Positions 10,590 through 23,014 of a stretch of 64,000 nucleotides of DNA are shown piece after piece. The DNA is from Dimorphilus gyrociliatus (lineage: Eukaryota > Animalia > Annelida), in assembly GCA_904063045.1 (NCBI GenBank), contig CAJFCJ010000010.1, positions 1,694,250-1,758,249 of the forward strand, in the 5' to 3' direction. The stretch's first letter is position 1. Each line of letters begins with the position of its first letter. The notes under the pieces are model-generated. The model was not told the origin of the DNA. It did not search any database and saw only the letters and a list, made by a program, of their open reading frames with translations. The position numbers and the translations under genes were made by a program.

Positions 10590-13500
10590 CGCAGTGTTTT
10601 TTTCCTCTTCTTCGCTTCATGTTTTTTTTTCATCTTTTACCTCTATCTCTCTGTCTCTGGATACTGGTGCAAAGATTTTTTCTCATATCGTTTCTATTCC
10701 TCCCATTGTCGGTTGGAAAAATGAATTGAGAATCAAGTTCAAGTTGTTACACATTTTTTTCGTCACTCGCCTTTTACCGTACTTAATTTATTTTTAAAAA
10801 ATAATAATAATAATTTTTTCTGGCTTTTTGCCTGCAGTTTATTAAAAAACTGCATTAAAAAATGAAATAGTCCGCGTCGTTTATTATTATTTATCATTAT
10901 TCATTATTGTTATTAATATCGACATTATCTTTTTTCTATTTCATATGAAGGGTATAGACTATTAAAGGAAAGAAAGACAAGTAATTGAGAAAGTTTGCTT
11001 ATTGAATATTCATATTTCTCAGTGTTTTTGGAGAGAAAATTTACAATTAAAAAGATTTTTTTCCGAAAAGTAAACGAAATTGAAAAAGGTTGTTTTAAAG
11101 GAATTAATAAAAAAAGTTAGGGCCAAAATAATCAGTAATTAGGCAATAAAAAACTAATTAGTATGAATATTCAAATATGTATGACAAATCGTCCTTTTGA
11201 GAAAGCTAACAGAAACAAAACAAAGTTTTGAAAAAATGATGATACGACAGAAAGTTTCCTTTCAAAAATTTCTTTCCTTTGTGTCTATCTAAAAAATAAA
11301 ACAAGAAAGATTTACATAGTCAAAGAATACCAGTGTACAACGTATTAAGGAAAAAAAAAGAAACAGACCTAAAGATAACATTGAAGGCTTATTTGCATAT
11401 TTTTTCTGTCTCTCATCTTCGTTTTACGACGTAAACGTTTGGCATGCAGATTTTTTCAAAAATGAAACAGTAAAAAAAGTGAAAAGAAAAAAAAAGAGAA
11501 CGAGAAACGTTGCGGTGCATTTTTGCAGCGTATTCTCGTTTTTTTTTTCTTTTTTTTTGTAAATAATTATTGTACAAGAGAATTATAATGAATGTGTCTA
11601 TTGTTTTTTTTTTCAGACACAAAACTATTTGCATTGACAGTTTTACTCGTTTGTAATATTTCGCATTGTTTCCAGAAATATTTCGACGTACGTCTATAAT
11701 TATTCTATGATATTTGAGCACGTTTTTTCCCGTTTTTTTTCCTTTCTGATCGACTGCACAACGGTTGAGCGTGTGTTTTTTTTTATTTCTATTTTGTTTT
11801 TTTGCAGTCGGCATACTGCAAAAAAAGGAAAAAAAAACATCGTGTTTTTTTTATTTAATTTTTTTTATTTTCTCAATTCGCTCGTCGAAAGTAGTGAAAA
11901 AAAAACAAATTTTGTTCCCTTTTTTCTCCGTTTTTAAACAAAAAAGAGAAAAATTATGACTTTTATTAAATTACAAAAAAAAACTTTTTCATATATTAAT
12001 TAATTTTTCCTTCATTTTGGCGCGAAAATGTTTTTTAACAATTGATTACGAAAATTCCTTTTTTTTTTCTTCCCTGATATTTTTTCCCTTTGTTTCGACT
12101 TGTTTCAAAACGTTTACGTGCCTTCTCATTATTCGGACTATTTCTTATGATAACTTTGTTGAAAATTTGTAAATACATTTTTATCTTGAGATAAAAACGA
12201 TTTTAAACAAAGGAAATTTAAGTTTAAGAGAAAAGGAAAAGAGAGAGAAAAAGGCAGAAAAGGATAAAAATACGCAAATAATTCTTTGTTTTCTTTTACT
12301 ATTTTATATGTTCATTTTCAGCTTTTTTCTATTTATCTCTCTCTCTCTCACTCTTTCTCTCTTTCTCTCTGATTCTTCACAATGAGTAATGAAAAAATTT
12401 GATCAATTTCGTTTCGCATAAAAAATTGAAAATGATATATTTTCTTTTCTAGCAGTTTGAGCATATCTTCTCGCTCTCGCGCTCTCTCCTCTTCCCATAT
12501 CCCTTGCTTCCCTCTTCCCAATTTAATTATTAATAGGTAATAGAAAGCCAAAAAAACAAAATTTAATAATTGGCTTATAAATAAGCAAAATGACACTGGC
12601 AATGAAAAATAATATCGTGGATAGAGTAATTTCATTCGCTACCCATTTTAACCTTTTCTTTTTAATATATTCTCTATTCGTACAATATGAAACATTGTTA
12701 TTTAAGACTACGAACAATCGTAAAACGTTTTACTTATTCAAAAACCATTGATCAAAATTGAAAGAAAACGTTAAGAGACAAAATATCGTCAACAGTAAAA
12801 TTTATGAATAGTAATTCAATAATAATGTATTGAACTTTGGCTGCGTCTGTCAAAAGTTCAATAATAGATGAAAAATTTAAAAGTATTACTCATCTTGAAT
12901 ACTGCTTTCATATATTTTATATGTATCATATATACATATCTATTCACTTTGATTATTATTGTACTAACATAATATGACCTATAGAATTTATATATTATAC
13001 CGTAGTTGTTGAGAGTTGGTTATAACTATTCCATTAATTTTCCAATGAATATTCATGAAACAGTGGAAAAAAACCCGAAAAAAAACAAGATGAATGTCAT
13101 AACAATTTGTATTATCTATTAGAAAGGATAAAAACTGTATACTTTGTATAGTATGTAATTTAACAATGGAATAAAACAAAGATCATACGATAGTATGATA
13201 TTAGGATATTGTTTTATTTAAAAAAATTCAATTACCTTCATTAATTAACAATAAGATATACTAATTATAAATATATGTATATATATATATATATATATAG
13301 TTATGAGTGGGATGAATATTGAAATAATATACTTCAAAATATAAAAGACTTTAAATCAATAGAAATACTTTGTTATCTGATTAATAGCAGGAGTTTTTTT
13401 TTCACAATTAACCATTGATAATCCTCCATATGGTAGGATATATACAGTATATATACTGTATATATATATATATATATATTACATATCTAACAATTACAAT

Positions 13501-13852
13501 AATATATAGAGTATTTTATTAAATTATCTACTTAATATTCACTAATTACACAGTATATACAAATATATTTCTACTTATACCAGTTTAAATGAAGCGAAAT
13601 AGTAATATTTAAATTAGTTTTTCCATTTCTATTCTTTAATTGATATTTTCTTTAATGGAAATAAAAAAAAAATAAAAACAAATAAACTGTTTAAACAGTA
13701 TGAGAAAGTAGTCAGGTGTTTATTAAATAAAAATGTACTTAAATGGGGCAAAAGTTGAGTAAAGAGATAAAAACCTTTTTATACTTTTTTATTTATTTTC
13801 TTTTAATATTCAAATTTAGAAATATAGAGGTTGTTCTCCTTCTTTCTATATC

Positions 13853-13854
13853 TA

Positions 13855-13911
<57 letters not shown>
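13853..13911. repeat. (CT)n microsatellite
   Basis: Read directly. One of many (CT/AG)n and (TA)n tracts in the window. Confidence 0.9.
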
Positions 13912-13915
<4 letters not shown>

Positions 13916-15559
13916 ATCTTTAATCTTTTTATATACGAGTAGACATAGAAAATGGCTGCTCTAATTTATTGTATAATTAGCGGAAGAGAGAGAGAGAGAG
14001 AGAAAACCTACTTAGAAATTTCGCATAATTATTATTTTGCCATATAAATAATTTATAGTAATTGATGAATTGACCAATAAGATCTTTTACTCTTTTACTT
14101 TTAATGTATTTCATTGATAAATATCAAATTTTTAACGGAACAATTTTGAATATTTCATATCTCATCCTAAATACCCACAAAAACTTGCTCCTTCTACTAT
14201 TTTCCCATAAAAACCATTAATAATTCTCCCAGATATAAAGAAGACAGATTGATGAATTGTCTTCCTACTAAATTGATCTTTCATATTTCTTTTTTTCTTC
14301 CCATTCTTAAGACAAAAACAATTCGTATTTAAAGGATTCTTTGTACAGTTTTCTTTCCTCTTCTTTAACAAATAGCACCATCCGCTTCTCCTTCAACCTT
14401 TTAAAGGCAAGCATAAAACAATCTTTGATTTTCATTAAGGACTGTCTTGGCAAAGATTTTCGATATGAGTTTCCAATAGAAATAGCTAATTACTCGATTT
14501 CTCCAGTGCACTTTGAAGACGAACGTACTATTACTGGATTATTGAATGTTATTTCCCCTGACTGTAACTTTTCAGGGACTGTAGATACCATAAACAACAC
14601 TCTTTCTCCAATGGTCCATTGATTTTTTTCACCTTCATTTCTTATATATGTTCCTATTTCTTTCTCTGCGCCGTCTTCTCATCTCAGAATGAAGATAACA
14701 GACTAAATATAGTCGCAACCGATTAGGATACAACGATCATTTTCCTACAGCTTTCCTTAAACATGTAAATATTATATTTGTAATTGGATATTCCTAAGTT
14801 TAAATATCTTATCTTTCCATCATTGTTTACCAGTTTGTTCTTACAAGAATTATATCTTTTATTTTTAACCAAAATTTTCAAGGTCAGAAGGAAAGATATG
14901 ATAAGACTGTCTAATTTTCAAATTTGAAAGAAAACGTGAAAAAAGTAATGAATTTCTAGGGAAAAGTGAGAGAGAGAGAGAGAGAGAGAGATCAGAATTT
15001 AGATTAAAACCACGCCCATAAAAGAAACTTAAAAGAAGCTTGTATTTAACAAATAACATCCAAGTTATGTTAACTTATTCTTTGAGATATACACTTTCTC
15101 TTTATACTAATATATATGCTAGAATGATTGAAGAAAAATGATTATTTTCCAATAGGATAAAAGATAAAAATCATATCGTTCTTTCCTTAAAATATAACAC
15201 GTTTGAAGGAAAAGAAAATGGAAACTGATTAAAATGACATCTGATGGAGAGTACCATTTCAAATTACTGTATTATGGAAAGTCGATTTGCAACCTTTTTA
15301 CTTGTTTACTTCTTTAGAAGTATTAACAATCTTAAAGTTTCAATGTTTCAACTCCATGATAAAGTACAGTTTGTTATCTAACGTAATATTTAGGTTCTTA
15401 GTTGTACACTTCATTACGCTAAGACAGTTGTTGCTCCTCTAAATCGTTTACTAACCCGCCGACGATTATCCATCTTGGTCTTATCTTATATATCGTATAT
15501 AAGATCATATATCATATATTCGACCTAAAGATACTCATTTCGAACTATTTCTATTCTAG

Positions 15560-16595
15560 TTTTATGACAATTCAATCACAGAGCATCTGATAATAATTAG
15601 ACCTATTCATACAGTTTTAAGCTTGTCTTCATTCCAGGATATTTGAGACTATGGAAACAAAACAATTTTTCTTCCCAGTTGGGAATATTTATCACTCATT
15701 CTCACCCCATTCTGCAAAGAATATTTAGGTTACCTTTTTATTAGAATCTATAACGATAATAAAGAAAAAGTTGGCAGCTGACTTTAGATTAAAAATCAAC
15801 TTGTTTGCAGTATACCTTTTGCAGTTTTTTCCAGAAATATTTTTCTCTATTTACGTAAGAAAAAAGGTAATAAAGATCTTATATGAATACAATAAAGACT
15901 GAAAATGTGATTATATCTCACATGCAAAAAATCGAAAAGTACGATTGAAAAGTCTCATTTTTCTTCCATGATTTTAAGAATATCTAATGAAATTTATGAA
16001 ATTTCTAGTTCTCTAACAACGACATTCAAAATATATCATCATATTATCCTCTCAATATCAGCATCTTCCAAGGCACACAATTGACATTACATTATTCAGT
16101 CTAAATATGTTCGTGATAGAAAAAATTGATTTTCCATCTGGTTATGACGAAATAGATAGTCATTAGAGTTTGTCTATTCTTTGGTGTAATCGGAAAATAA
16201 TACAATTTTTAGTTTGTAACAGATATTTAAAACTTGTAGTTTGTCAAACCGCAACTATGTTTCACCTTTCATGAATAAGTGAAAATTGTTACTTTGTTTT
16301 TACTAATCTCAAGTATCTTTGAATGAAGACAAGAATCTTGATAGATTATAAAGAAAAAGATTCTATTTTCACAGCAATCCTATATTTGATATTCATAAGA
16401 TGAACTTGATGGATTATTATTCCTTGCAATCATATTTTGGAGATATTCACCTCAAACCCTATTTATAATGAATGATTCAATGACCGAATATCTAATAGCA
16501 ATTAGATCTATTCACACAGTTTTAAGCTTGTCTTCATTCCAGGCTAACTAAGACTATGAAAGCAAAGTAATTTTTGCCCCCAATTGGGAATATTT
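15560..16595. repeat. Three diverged copies of a local repeat sharing the core CTTGTCTTCATTC: 15622-15634 (+), 16321-16333 (-), 16527-16539 (+)
   Basis: Copies 1 and 3 align over more than 100 bp (ctattca[t/c]acagttttaagcttgtcttcattccagg...ttgggaatattt). Copy 2 is inverted and aligns over about 55 bp. Confidence 0.75.
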
Positions 16596-17913
16596 TCCTC
16601 TTTTTTTAAGAAATCATTATTATTAAGTTTTGTTATATATGATAATATAAAGAGGTAATGAATCCTCTTGTCTTTTGTTTATATTGGAGATTTAGCAGAT
16701 TTATATATTCTGATTATATACATTATATACTGTATAATTGCTCATTAAGAGTCCTTGTTAATGTTTTCTAAATGGGTTGGAAAGGAAATTTTTAAACTAT
16801 TCCCTTTTTTCAAGGAATTTTCATTATTCTTAATAGATGAGATGAAATCAAATTCAATTTTCTCTCTCTCTCTCTCATCTCCTGTTAACTTATTACTTAA
16901 CTTAATGTTGTATGTCTATTTTTAATTATTAAGTTCAATAAGTTATTAAATTATTAATGGCAGTTGTAATTTATCAAATATAGGTAGAAATGATATTTTT
17001 CTCAATGATATATATATATATATATATTGAAAATATCAATGAATGTTCAAAAATTGTTTGTCATGTTGAAGAACTCCTTAATTTCAAAGTCTATATGTAA
17101 ATATGTTTGTAATGGATAGAATGAATTTCTCTCTCTATCTATCTCTATTTCTTCATGATAAACAAGATTGTCAACCTTCTTTCAGCTGCCAAATAATACA
17201 TAAAAGTTCAGTTTAAAATCTATCACGTGACAGATTACGAAAGTGAAATCCGCATGATTTACATAACGTTTAAAAAGTTGTCATAAGATATACATCTTGG
17301 AAATATATCAAGTAGAGTTATAAAAATGTCGACTAATAACTTTTATATAATCCTTCATATTTTGTAGATATGATTATTCTACAGTATAGTTGTTTTTCTA
17401 TTTTCAGTTTGTTTATTGAACCTGACATTATCAATTCTAACGCTTGGTAGACTTTTATCAATTCCTAGCTTTTGTCTATTATTTCGTCAAGAAAACCCTT
17501 TCAATACTGCTATATATCCTTATGACGAACCTAACAACAACATTCTCTATTCTATCATTAAAGTACTATTGCTTTACAAATAATTAGAACGATATTTTCA
17601 TTTAACAACTTCACACAAACCCTCAAATAGTTCTTTTTATGTCGATTTGCGATAATATAGGTATGATAGAATGTCATTATTCCCTTTTCTCTTTCTGTCT
17701 CTCTCTCTCTCTCTCAAAAGAACTTTTTTAGCTTACTTTCCTATACGAATTACTATAATGAATTGATTATTTCCCCCTCCTTCCTCCCTTTAAAAGCGTT
17801 CGTCAAATATTTTATGTAAACTTTACTAAATAGAGTTAATATTTAAATTGACATTGTCGAGAACAAGAAACTCGATTATTATATTGATATTTCTCTTTTA
17901 TTGCTCTTAATGA

Positions 17914-17923
17914 TAGATGGCGC
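17914..17923 (+). promoter_or_regulatory. CTCF-like motif (tagatggcgc)
   Basis: Matches the core of the CCASYAGRKGGCRS consensus; lies about 90 bp past the nucleoredoxin-like stop. Confidence 0.4.
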
Positions 17924-18014
17924 CCATTGCACAATAATTATTTTTTTAACGCTTATTAACGACAATAGTTATTATTGCCATAAATATTTTTTTTATTGAA
18001 GTAATTGTTATTAA

Positions 18015-18846
18015 TCAATTTTTTGCCAAATTAATATCGACTTGTCTGCTATCTGGAACTTGTCTTTCCGTATAATCCGTCGAGTACAGATTGAATAGTT
18101 TCGCCTTTCTCATTCTCCTTTTGAACTTTTCACTCTTTTGTCTTGTCTCAATAGAAATTGTGAAACGAATTTTGGGAATTCTAGATATTCTTCTGATTAG
18201 TTGAGTATGACGATGAGACTCTAACCATTGATAGAACACTGATATACCAATATTTTCAATTCCTTTCCTCCCATTTCGAGTTATCACTGAACCTTTTCGA
18301 CTAATGACAATCACTTTTGGTATAAAGAAAACTTGATGGAATTCAATTAACGATCTGATTTTTGTGAAAATTACGATTAAAAACAACAAAATCAATAAAG
18401 TTATTATATAAATATTTTCATTTTCTCTTACTCGACTATAGATTTACAGTTCAAAAATAGCCATTTTTCATGATTTTTCACATATTCCTTCCTACAACTT
18501 TCAATATCTTCATTGCAAGGAACTGCTATTATTTCCATTCTTATCTTCCTTAATTTCCCTTCCTGAAAATGCAAGGTTTAACTTTAGAATAGAAAACAAA
18601 GAGAGAAAGGTTTCGTGTCACCTTGTAGAATTCTATTAACATTGGAAGAAATGTTTGGCAAGGTAGAGAAAATTGATCAAAGAAGAATAATAGAAAAATA
18701 TCATTGTCTTCCAAATTCTTTTTATCACTAGACGTTTGAAAGTAGTCAGCTTCGATTAATTTCTCGAGAAGGCGTAATCCTTCCTCTTCGTTTTCCTTCT
18801 CTCCCTCTTCTTCCTTATTGTTTTCATTAGTATTTTTATCTTTCAT
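18015..18846 (-). CDS. Nucleoredoxin-like (tryparedoxin/NXNL-type) thioredoxin-fold protein, about 231 aa. Exons 18622-18846, 18432-18562, 18015-18354
   Basis: Spliced product FLLFFFDQFSLPCQTFLPMLIEFYK|EGKLRKIRMEIIAVPCNEDIESCRKEYVKNHEKWLFL...SLIEFHQVFFIPKVIVISRKGSVITRNGR follows the NXN pattern (YFSAxWCPPCRxFTPxLxEFY; EIVFVSxD; HGDWL; IPxLVVxxxxGxVITxxGR). GT-AG introns of 59 and 77 nt keep the frame. The start codon is uncertain. Confidence 0.8.
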
Positions 18847-19225
18847 AAGCTTTTCTTCAGGTCTTATTTTTAAAGCAAAGGGAAGAGAACGGCAAAATTT
18901 GTCCGCAAATTATAAATTTCTTAAACCTAATGCCATAGCTCAGGGAACGAATTTTTTATACAAACATAATCATTTTACCATTTATTGATTTATTGAGGAA
19001 TCAATGCCGTTACTATATTTTTTAACAATTGATATGAATGGAATTTATTGAGTAGTGTTGTGTATAAAACAGCTTTAGGGTAAGGTGAAAAAATCTTATA
19101 AAAAGGATATTGGACAATGGGAAACACTTCTGCTAAGTGAATAGAGATATATACTATATAGTTATTTATTGAATACATCTTCAATGAATATTCATTAGAA
19201 TGTTTATCATTGTATTTACTAGTAA

Positions 19226-20488
19226 TTATTCCAAATATATACCAAACACGGACGCTACACATACCAAAGTTGAATTCTCAAAAACTGCAGTTGCGTAATT
19301 ATCCGTTTTCTGATCGAGTAGACCCCTCGATACAATTCTTAGATCTCCCTTGTCCTTCTGACTTATAACTACCCATGTAATTATCCTGTACCTTTCCAGA
19401 CGCATAGATTTAACTTTTTCCTTAAGAACTTCCGTTATCATTTTAGTTACCTTACCCATATGAATTCCATCATATGTCATGGTTCTAAGGCTCTCCTCCA
19501 GGACTGATAAAATTAATTTTTCTATCTTAAATTGTGGAAAGACAGTATCCGGTTCCATCTTGTAGGTATTCTCTAAAAGTAATTTACTCATATAGAGATC
19601 ACTAGATAGAGACTTAGTTTCCTTGAATTTATGCATTTTATACGACTTGTAAGAATCGCTATACGAACCATCAGAACTCTTATACGTCCTGTAAAACTTG
19701 GGTTGTTTCTTCTTCGTCAAAGTCATCAGCGTTACGACGGTTCTCAATACTTTCTTGCCTCGATTACTGGGATACTTCCGTAAATATCTTGTTGGCTTCT
19801 TCTTTGCAGGATCATCACCTTTCACTCGTTTATTATGTACAGACTTTTTATCTTCATCCGTATCTTCACCTTCAGATGGAGGTGAATTAGAGCTTTCGTC
19901 TACTTTTTCCTTTTCTTCATCAATTTTATCATCAGCATAATTATTTTCATCAGAACTATTAAAATTCTCGTTTTTTTCATTGTAAGCATCGGATAGTTTA
20001 TTGGCTTCGGCAACTGCCGAAAGTAATTCGTTTGTTTCAGATTTTTCCGCATCGCGCTTATCTTCCTCGTCATCTGCGGCAAGTGATGTAATTCCGAGAT
20101 CCTTCAAATCGTTTAGAATTGTTTCTCGAATTTCATCTTCTCTTTCGATTCTCTCTTTTTCACCCTGGTCGATTTCCGCTTCATTTTTAATAGTCTGAGT
20201 AACAATCTCGTTTGATTCTTCCTCCTTTTTATCATCCTCTTTTGATGTATCCGACAACGGTGTCTTTAAACTTTTATCAAAAGCTAATTTGTCTTCACCT
20301 ATCCTGCTCGTAGGCCTTTCTACTATTTCCGGTTCTTCTCTTTTGACAGGAGTTGACGAACTTTTTCCCTGCTCTCTAGGAGAATTAACTACGGACGATT
20401 TAACAGATCTAATAGATATTGACCTCGAAGAGAGAGTTGAGGTAGATCTAGCCGAATCCTTCCTGGGAGTTAATCTCGAATAAGACAT
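19226..20488 (-). CDS. Tctex1-domain-containing dynein light chain (TCTEX1D/DYNLT2-like) with a long acidic and Ser-rich N-terminal extension, 420 aa, single exon
   Basis: C-terminal NTYKMEP...LERYRIITWVVISQK...LRIVSRGLLDQKTDNYATAVFENSTLVCVASVFGIYLE is the Tctex-1 domain signature. Confidence 0.9.
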   Translation of the reverse strand: MSYSRLTPRKDSARSTSTLSSRSISIRSVKSSVVNSPREQGKSSSTPVKREEPEIVERPTSRIGEDKLAFDKSLKTPLSDTSKEDDKKEEESNEIVTQTIKNEAEIDQGEKERIEREDEIRETILNDLKDLGITSLAADDEEDKRDAEKSETNELLSAVAEANKLSDAYNEKNENFNSSDENNYADDKIDEEKEKVDESSNSPPSEGEDTDEDKKSVHNKRVKGDDPAKKKPTRYLRKYPSNRGKKVLRTVVTLMTLTKKKQPKFYRTYKSSDGSYSDSYKSYKMHKFKETKSLSSDLYMSKLLLENTYKMEPDTVFPQFKIEKLILSVLEESLRTMTYDGIHMGKVTKMITEVLKEKVKSMRLERYRIITWVVISQKDKGDLRIVSRGLLDQKTDNYATAVFENSTLVCVASVFGIYLE

Positions 20489-21391
20489 TTCAAAACTTCT
20501 TAATCGTATAAATTATCAATTAGACAAAGAATTCACTAAATTCCTCTTAAAGGATTGGAGAAGACTGTTTTCAAGATGCATTCAAAAACAGAAAGAATCA
20601 ATTAGAAAAAGAGATTGTTCGCTAGCATGCGGTACGTCAATTAAGGAGCAGGAACAAGATTGATAAATATTTAATTAAACAATGTTTGAGTGGTCCTTGG
20701 CATGCTTTTAAGGCAGTTGCATTTAATTCGCATCTCAATCAATTATATTTTTTTTCCTTTCCCCTTTCTATTCTCTCTCTTTATCCCTTAATATAAAAAA
20801 AACCCATCCCATCTTTGCTTAACAAAGTTAACAAATCGTACCTTAATTAAAAGAGATTTCCGTTATAGTTAATTAAATAATTAATTATTGGTATTTAAAT
20901 TAATAGAAAAAACTTGGAAATCTTACTATTCTTACGTACAACTCTCTACGTCCTAATTTTTTAAATGATTTCAATTGAACTTTGATCGTTATTCATTGTT
21001 TTTACTGATTAAATATATTTAATTCTTAATAAATACGTTTAAAGGTTAAAATACTAAATTCTAAAGGACTTGTATAAAATTTCCAATCGCTGTATATTCG
21101 ACCTTTTTCCTTAGATTTATTCTTAAAATAGTTTTTGTAATTATTTTGATAGATATATCTATCTAGGCCTAATTAGAACTTTTATATACTTCATAGTACA
21201 CAAATATCAAAGCTTACAAACAAACGAGAAATATTAGGATTAGCTAGAATAAGAGTGTCACAAACGGAGTTACGTAATTATAATCAAATTATTTCAAACG
21301 TATTAATATCTCATTTAAAAAATTGTAACTAGATCTCACACAACACATACCGGTGTGTTCTATTTTAATATTTCCGTTAAGGATTATAATC

Positions 21392-21447
21392 AGAGCCACC
21401 TACTGTCTGGAGGTGCAACGGCGTAAAATCCTTCCGATAGATGGAGT
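21392..21447. promoter_or_regulatory. Divergent pair of CTCF-like motifs (21392-21405 minus cagtaggtggctct; 21434-21447 plus ccgatagatggagt)
   Basis: Similar to the CTCF consensus; sits between the Tctex1 gene promoter and neurogenin. Confidence 0.35.
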
Positions 21448-22382
21448 ATAAAGACAGTAATTCTTGCCGTTAGCAAACTTTTTCTTCAAAGTTTTCAGAA
21501 CTAATAGAAAAGTAAAAGATGAATATTAAAGATTTTGGATGAAAAATGATTAGAGATTTATCATAAAGTTCTTTGAACAGAAGGAAAACTTTGGCCGTAA
21601 ATTTAGTTTCTGACAAAAAACTTTGAATGGTTCAATAAATTTTCCTTTTCTTCTTTCCTCTTTACAAACAAGGGTACGCTTGTATAGACCCAATTAAGTT
21701 AAAGCAATTTCCTACGGCCATTCAAATTCGCTTGCACGTAAAATCGCTACAGGTGTGCCATTACACGAACACACACACACAACAACATAACATTATACAT
21801 ACATACGTATTACATAGTCAGTATAGAAAAAGAGGGTGGTGGACACTCGTGCACGTGTCTAACTCACCTCAAATAAAAAAAATCCTCTTGTTAATTGGAG
21901 CTTTTAAATAAATCGTAGTGTGTACGATTAATTGTCACTATAACAAATGTTTGTTTTATATTTAACAAACTAACGAGAGATGAAGAAGAGATGTAAACTT
22001 TCTATTTTTCTTCTTCTTATTCTTCAAGTTAACGAAATTATAACGGGAGTAAAATACGTAACTTGTTGCAAAAGTTAAGGTCCTTTGAAAAAAGACCCCG
22101 TTGACACGCGGCATTCAAGCGGCATTCCTGCAGAGATTCGCTTTTCATCTAACCGTCGCAAACTGCTATAATTTTGTAACACCCACAAGAAGAGAGAAAG
22201 AAAAGAATTGGGGGGGCGCGGAAAAAGAGCGGGGCCAAAGAAGTAATAAAAGTAGTGGATGGAGAGAAAAACTTAGGAAATTGGCGGAAGAGCATAGGAG
22301 AGGGAGACGGCGGGAGGGGGGTGGGTGTATTCAAATCCCCTCTCTCCCTATGCTCGCCAGTCGCACACAAAGACTCCGCCTC

Positions 22383-22436
22383 AACCAATCACCGATTGGA
22401 CACGCGACGGGCGCGTTCTGCGCATGCGTCTATAAG
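22383..22436 (+). promoter_or_regulatory. Neurogenin proximal promoter: inverted CCAAT pair (ccaatcaccgattgg), CACGCG, NRF1-like tgcgcatgcg and TATA-like tataag
   Basis: Motifs read directly; the TATA-like element at 22431-22436 is 36 bp before the ATG. Confidence 0.55.
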
Positions 22437-22471
22437 AGGCAACACGCGCCGGTGGTGATTTCACTTGCAGC

Positions 22472-23014
22472 ATGCTAACGGACGAAGAAACTCACAAAGA
22501 AAACTGCCCTAAAAGGAAGAGACGTCAAAAGACGCCTAAAACTCCTGCAGTTGTGCAAAACTTAAAGAGAGTGCGTAGATCTAAGGCTAACGATAGAGAA
22601 AGGAACCGAATGCACAATTTGAATGGAGCCCTGGAAGACCTCCGAGAAAGATTACCGCAATTTGGAGAAGATAATAAACTGACAAAGATCGAAACTTTAC
22701 GCTTTGCTCACAACTACATTTGGGCTTTGACGGAGACCCTACGAATGGTCCGATCGCAGCAACTGTCTCCAGACACTTCTAATCTGCAGTTAGCTGCTTC
22801 TATGGCTTTGCATGGTCCAATGAATATGAATGCAAGATCTACATCCTCCTCTTCCTCATGCTCGCCCATTAACGACGGATTTCCTTCGCCGCACAATACG
22901 CCCTCCTTCCTTCCCGCTCAAACACCTCTATCGAATGAATGGACGAATTGCGGTTGGCAACAAAATGCAGCCCTCCCTCCAAATAACTCTTGCAGTTATC
23001 AGTGTTTCTCCTAA
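22472..23014 (+). CDS. NEUROG: Neurogenin (atonal-family proneural bHLH), 180 aa, single exon
   Basis: b[60 protein letters not shown] is the neurogenin signature. Confidence 0.95.
   Translation: MLTDEETHKENCPKRKRRQKTPKTPAVVQNLKRVRRSKANDRERNRMHNLNGALEDLRERLPQFGEDNKLTKIETLRFAHNYIWALTETLRMVRSQQLSPDTSNLQLAASMALHGPMNMNARSTSSSSSCSPINDGFPSPHNTPSFLPAQTPLSNEWTNCGWQQNAALPPNNSCSYQCFS

Noticed and set aside
11413-13964. Several 60-130 aa track ORFs rich in F/K/L/I
   Set aside because: Products of poly-A/T tracts and microsatellites in the CACNB 3' region; no coding signal.
22101-22478. 125-aa ORF upstream of and overlapping the neurogenin start
   Set aside because: TTG start, different frame, spans the promoter motifs; GC-rich promoter DNA simply lacks stops.
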